Shown here: one piece after another, positions 59,007 through 64,000 of the stretch
Layout: every line of letters begins with the position of its first letter
How positions within the stretch are numbered: the first letter of the stretch is position 1
NCBI GenBank assembly: GCA_037447605.1
Contig: CM074809.1
Location: 4,189,975-4,253,974 of the forward strand
DNA: 64,000 nucleotides
Reading direction: 5' to 3'
From: Zygnema circumcarinatum SAG 698-1b
Lineage: Eukaryota > Plantae > Zygnematophyceae
Made by a program: the position numbers and the translations under genes
Notes under the pieces: model-generated
Database searches by the model: none
What the model saw: the letters and a program-made list of their open reading frames with translations, nothing else
What the model was told of the DNA's origin: nothing

Positions 59007-62000
59007 TAAATATGTACTTGCTTGGTTAGTTGAGCCGTCTGCCTGTGGAAGTGGACGAGCTTTGCCTCTTGAATGTTCTAAGGCTTTTGGTGTCTGTACT
59101 TGGCATTGACATCTGAGTCGTGCACTGGACACCCCTTTCGGTCGTCTTGTGGGCCATCCTTCAGCAGCAACCCGAGTTGCTCATTTTGTGATGGTTAAGT
59201 TCTTTGTCCTCACAAGCCATCGATTGGTGTGTCAAGTAACGGCAGTGGCTTGCTTCTCCTTTTGCAGGGCAACGCATCCTCTGAGTATGCCGCGAGCACT
59301 GGAGCAGTGACGGGACTTTTGGCAAAGATAGCGTTAGGCCTTAGCAAGGAGCCCAGTGCCCTTCCAGCCAAACCTTTGCCTGTTTCATTCCCTCCTGTGA
59401 CTGCAGCGCATTTTTCAAGCAGACAAAGCTATCAGGAAGCTGGAAGGCATGAGACTGCAAGCTTTGAGCCTACTGCTCGAGCGGCTCAGCTTCGTCGCGA
59501 GGTTGAGGCATTCATGGTGGAGCATGTGTATCCGAATGAAGAGGTTCTGGAGAGACATGCACTATCTGCGGAGCGATGGAGCATCCATCCCCTCGTGGAA
59601 CAACTTAAAGAGCGGGCTTTAGCACAAGGCCTCTGGAACCTTTGGATTCCTGTACGGCAATCCACTGTTCTATTTCTTGTGATTCATGTTCTGAATACAA
59701 AGTCTCGATCTTGAATGACTATCCTTTGTCTGCAGAAGCAGTCAAAAGGGTGCGTAGAAAAGAGTTTTTTTTCGCTGAAGTCCTAAGGCGGAATGGTGCG
59801 TTGGCTGCAGGCTGACAGCGCCGCCCTGGCCGCGGCCGTCCTCGAGGCCGGCGGCGGGCGCCACGTGGCGGGCGCGGGGCTGCGCAACGCGGAGTACGCG
59901 CACGTGTGCGAGGCGATGGGCCGCTCCGTGTGGGCGCCGGAGATCTTCAACTGCAGCGCGCCGGACACCGGGAACATGGAGGTCAGGATGCTGGGTGACC
60001 GCTGCTTGTCCAGAGTTCTCGGGACTTAAAAATACTGGAAGGATGTGCAAAACAGATTGAAAGGCAAGGAAATTTGTACTCTCTGTTCCTCTTTACATAT
60101 AAGGCTCTCGTAACCTCTCAGACTTGATTCTTCTCTTTCCACTGATGCAGTTCTTTGGTGCTAACTTCTAATTGTTCAATGTGAAGATTTTTTTTGACTT
60201 CTTCGGCAATCATCTCAAACAATAAGGGCATAACTACCCACATGGGCATGCAAATGCACTCGCAGCCTTTATTCTAGCATGCTCTCCAAAATCATATGCT
60301 CCGTTGGTTTCGATGCGTCAATTTACGGCTCTCTCTTTGTCTTTAAGTTTGAAAGTTTATTTTTTATTTCACTTCGTGAGGCCATTGAAGTTTTGTTTCT
60401 GAGCTTACAATCAAGCGATGAAACAGAAGTACAATACAAACGAGTTGAAATAAGTATGGGAGCTGACCCCTGCGAGGGTGAACGGGTGGGCGGGAAGGCA
60501 GGTGCTTCTCCGGTACGGCAGCAGCGAGCAGCAGCGTGAGTGGCTCCTCCCCCTGCTGGAGGGCCGCGCGAGGTCGTGCTTTGCGATGACGGAGCCGCAG
60601 GTGGCCTCCTCGGACGCCACAAACATTGAGGCGTCCATTCGCGTGTGAGTTTCCTTCATCGGAGTCTTCAATTGTCGTCGCTGAATTTCGTGTTCTGCGA
60701 AGAATTATCGCTTAACCATCGACATGTGTGCCTGTTGCAGAGAGGACGGCGAACTGGTTCTGAATGGTCGAAAATGGTGGACCAGTGGTGCTTGTGACCC
60801 GCGCTGCCGCCTGGCCATTTTCATGGGCAAGAGTTCACCCAATGCGCCTCTTCATCGGCAGCAGAGTATGGTAGGGTCCACTTTTCTTCACACACAACTT
60901 TTTTTTGTTATACATATGATAAGTAACCGTGCCAGCCGTATCCAGCAGTAACGGCAGGCAAATGAAGTATAGAAACTACATAGATAGTCGTATTGCTCAA
61001 GAATCTAGGAATTGGCACTGCATTGTTAAAAGCTTATGCGAACTGTAAAGCCACAGCATTCCCGTTCATGCCCAACATAGAAACTAAGTATATGGAAAGT
61101 TTTATTGTATCCACGTAGACCTTGTAAGGTCAAGACTTCTGATCGACACCTCCAAGTCTATCATCTGGATGTCTTGAAAACATTTTGAAAAACGAAAGTT
61201 AGTGCATGAATGTAAGGTGGGGTGTCGGGAGCGTGCAGGTGCTGGTCGACATGCGGGCGGGCGGAGTGACGGTGGTGCGGCCGCTCACTGTGTTCGGATA
61301 CGACGATGCGCCCCACGGCCATGCGGAGGTGCTGTTCGACAACGTGCGCGTGCCTGCCAGCAACATGCTGCTCGGAGAAGGACGCGGCTTTGAAATAGCT
61401 CAGGTGGGCAATGGCGCTATTGCTGCCTGAAACATATAAAAAAAGAACATGGGAACCAATTTCTACTTCTTCACTGTAATTTTATTATGTCCACGATGCA
61501 GTCTGGGCTTTGTACGCAGACCTACCTTACCTTGTCTTGCCATGGAAGCGGTGTTGATTCTATGCTGTGCTGTGCATGTGCTGTGCAGGGGCGACTGGGC
61601 CCCGGCCGCCTGCACCACTGCATGCGGCTCATTGGCGGGGCGGAGCGCGCAGTGGAGGCGGCCGTCCAGCGGAGCCTGCAGCGGCGCGCCTTCGGGAAGC
61701 GGCTCGCGGAGCAGGGGGCCGTGCGGCAGCAGCTCGCGGAGTGCCGCCTGGACATCGCGGCGGCCCGCCTGCTCGTCCTGCACGCGGCCCTCCACCTCGA
61801 CCTGCACGGCAACAAGGCGGCCCGCACTTCGATTGCCATGGCCAAGGCTCGTTCCTTTGCCCTATCCACTGGTGGTCAAGGCGCGCGCCTCGGCTTGAAT
61901 GGCAGATGTTCTCGTTGAAGTCCCGCCCTGTCTGACGGGCGGGGCTGGGCGCGAGGGGGGGGGGGGGGGCAGGTGGCCGCTCCGCGCGCTGCGCAGAAGG

Positions 62001-62164
62001 TGGTCGACTTCGCGATCCAGGTGCACGGGGGGGCCGGCGTCAGCGGGGACCTCCCTCTGGCGCGCCTCTGGGCGGCCGCGCGCACTCTGCGCATTGCGGA
62101 CGGGCCCGACGAGGTGCACTTGGACGCCATTGGCCGCGCGGAGATCAAGCGCTCGCGTCTGTGA
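56023..62164 (+). CDS. IBR3: Peroxisomal acyl-CoA dehydrogenase with an N-terminal APH-like domain (IBR3/ACAD10-11 type)
   Basis: [89 protein letters not shown]-terminal SRL* (PTS1). Confidence 0.95.
58966..59002. repeat. (AT)n microsatellite in an IBR3 intron
   Basis: Direct reading. Confidence 0.95.
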
Positions 62165-62637
62165 CGGCGTTCTCTGCAACTGCATGCAATAATGTGGAGT
62201 GTTGCGTGGAATGTTTTTCTCGCAGTCTGCCATTCACTGACGACAATGTCAAGCCGCGACTCTTTTACCGCCCTTCGTCCCCATTACAAGACTTTCAGAA
62301 CCTTCGTCAGTTCTGTGTGTTTTGCAGGCAGCAGAGAGTCCCTCCTGTCCGGGGTGTATTGTATTGTATCAGTAGAGAAGACACCGTTTCCTTGGTGCAA
62401 CTCATTGAGCACCGCCGACTCTCAGCAAAGCAACTAAATTTTGCGGCGAGCTTGCGTCACTTGCTTGACAGCCCACTTTCAGTCGGTCGAGTGCCTAACC
62501 CAACAAGCGTTGGGTTACGGGTTTTTAGGGTTTTTACTGTATCCTGGAGATTGCGATCGATACGGTATTCTCGAAATGAGATAGTCATACTTGAGATACG
62601 ACAAAAGTATTTGAGATCCTCGAAGATTTGTTCTCAG

Positions 62638-62743
62638 AACCCTAAAAACCCTAAAAACCCTAAAAACCCTAAAAACCCTAAAAACCCTAAAAACCCTAAA
62701 AACCCTAAAAACCCCTAAAAACCCTAAAAACCCTAAAAACCCC
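62638..62743 (-). repeat. Internal inverted telomeric array (CCCTAAAAA)11
   Basis: Eleven tandem units, the reverse complement of the terminal repeat. Confidence 0.95.
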
Positions 62744-63711
62744 GTGTGAGACATTAAGAGAATCTTACAATACGATAAAGATACGCCAGAGATACGCTCG
62801 AGATAGAAAATCAAGCCGCTGAAAACGGACTGTGTGTACGAATTCCGTAATGTGAAGCGTAAACAAAAATGTTGGGAGGCCGGACATGTTTCTCATGTTG
62901 ACTTTGATGGGTATTGTGGCGGGTGACGTACCATGGCAATACAGAATTGAAGGGTGAGAGATAGAGATGGATGTGTCCTTGATCTCACGATGCCGATGCC
63001 ATCAACTGTACATGGACAAAATCATCATGGGGGAACCACGAGGGACTAGTCGCAAAGGACTGACAAAAGTAAAAAGCTCGAAGCGGAAAGCTACGCCTCG
63101 GCGCAACACCGCTTCAAGCCCTCCCTCGAAGCAGCCGCGAAGGTCACCGATCGATGTGCGGCACATCACATCGCGCAGAGGGAGGGAGGAAGGGAGGAAG
63201 CGGCGGAAGGCAACCGACACGCGCGGCCACCGACAGACAATCGCGGTAATAGCGTAGAAGCGAGGAGGGCAACGCTGGAGGGTGACGGAAATGCGCTGTC
63301 GATCAAAAGTTGCGAGGATCGCCAACGGAGGAGAGGAGGGCTTCCTTCCAGGGCCGTGTGAGCATCTCAAAGGAGCGATGGGCGCGCGCACGCACGCATT
63401 GGCGAACGAAGGAAAGAAAGCAAAGGTGGGAGGGAGAGTCCGCAAAAGGTAAGAAACACGCAAAGTAAAACAACAAGTAAAAAAAAGGCCAACTGAGGAT
63501 CTGAAAGATGTTAAAGCTCATCAACCTGAGACAAGTTCTTAACCAAAGCATCAACAAAACAAAATAATCAACTTAAGATGCAACAAAAAAAAAAAAAGGG
63601 TTTTTAGGGTTTTTAGGGTTTTAAAAAGGCAACCAAGAACACATATGCCAATCGCATCGAGACAAGTGCGGATACCAAAACGGAGCGAAAGGGAAGAAGG
63701 GATACCACCAG

Positions 63712-64000
63712 AGGGTTTTTTTAGGGTTTTTAGGGTTTTTAGGGTTTTTAGGGTTTTTAGGGTTTTTAGGTTTTTTAGGGTTTTTAGGGTTTTTAGGGTT
63801 TTTAGGGTTTTTAGGGTTTTTAGGGTTTTAGGGTTTTTAGGGTTTTTAGGGTTTTTAGGGTTTTTAGGGTTTTTAGGGTTTTTAGGGTTTTTTTTTTTTT
63901 TAGGGTTTTTAGGGTTTTTAGGGTTTTTAGGGTTTTAGGGTTTTTAGGGTTTTTAGGGTTTTTAGGGTTTTTAGGGTTTTAGGGTTTTTAGGGTTTTAGG
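63712..64000 (+). repeat. Terminal telomeric array (TTTTTAGGG)n
   Basis: About 30 units running to the window end with the G-strand on +; T5 dominates, with T4, T6-7 and one long T run. Confidence 0.9.

Noticed and set aside
62515-63938. GFLGFL / PKNPKN / VFRVFR ORFs and ORF 62967-63257
   Set aside because: Translations of telomeric repeats or low-complexity sequence with no recognisable domain.

Overview
Eukaryotic, green-lineage sequence, probably a streptophyte alga (inferred from a plant tRNA-iMet primer site, plant-type genes and GC-rich exons). It appears to run to a chromosome end. 1-18.2 kb is a nest of Ty3/gypsy LTR retroelements. Host element A (LTRs 1796-2291 and 17725-18220) is interrupted in its integrase by chromovirus C (3100-16337). 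C is interrupted by an oppositely oriented chromovirus D (about 6846-12889) and by a complete 446-bp non-coding TRIM (5722-6167) whose LTRs look tRNA-derived. Much of this block is indel-rich and contains N gaps. 19.8-62.2 kb is gene-dense with spliced genes: PP2C-kinase fusion (+), ALIS/CDC50 (-), a candidate Calx-beta protein (+), MsrB (-), a BCP/PrxQ peroxiredoxin (+), LUC7 (-), a compact SMG1 (+) and IBR3/ACAD11 (+), with several minisatellites. The window ends in a (TTTTTAGGG)n array, preceded about 1 kb earlier by an inverted (CCCTAAAAA)11 array and a poly(A)-telomere junction. No tools were run; gene models and coordinates were read by eye and some are approximate.
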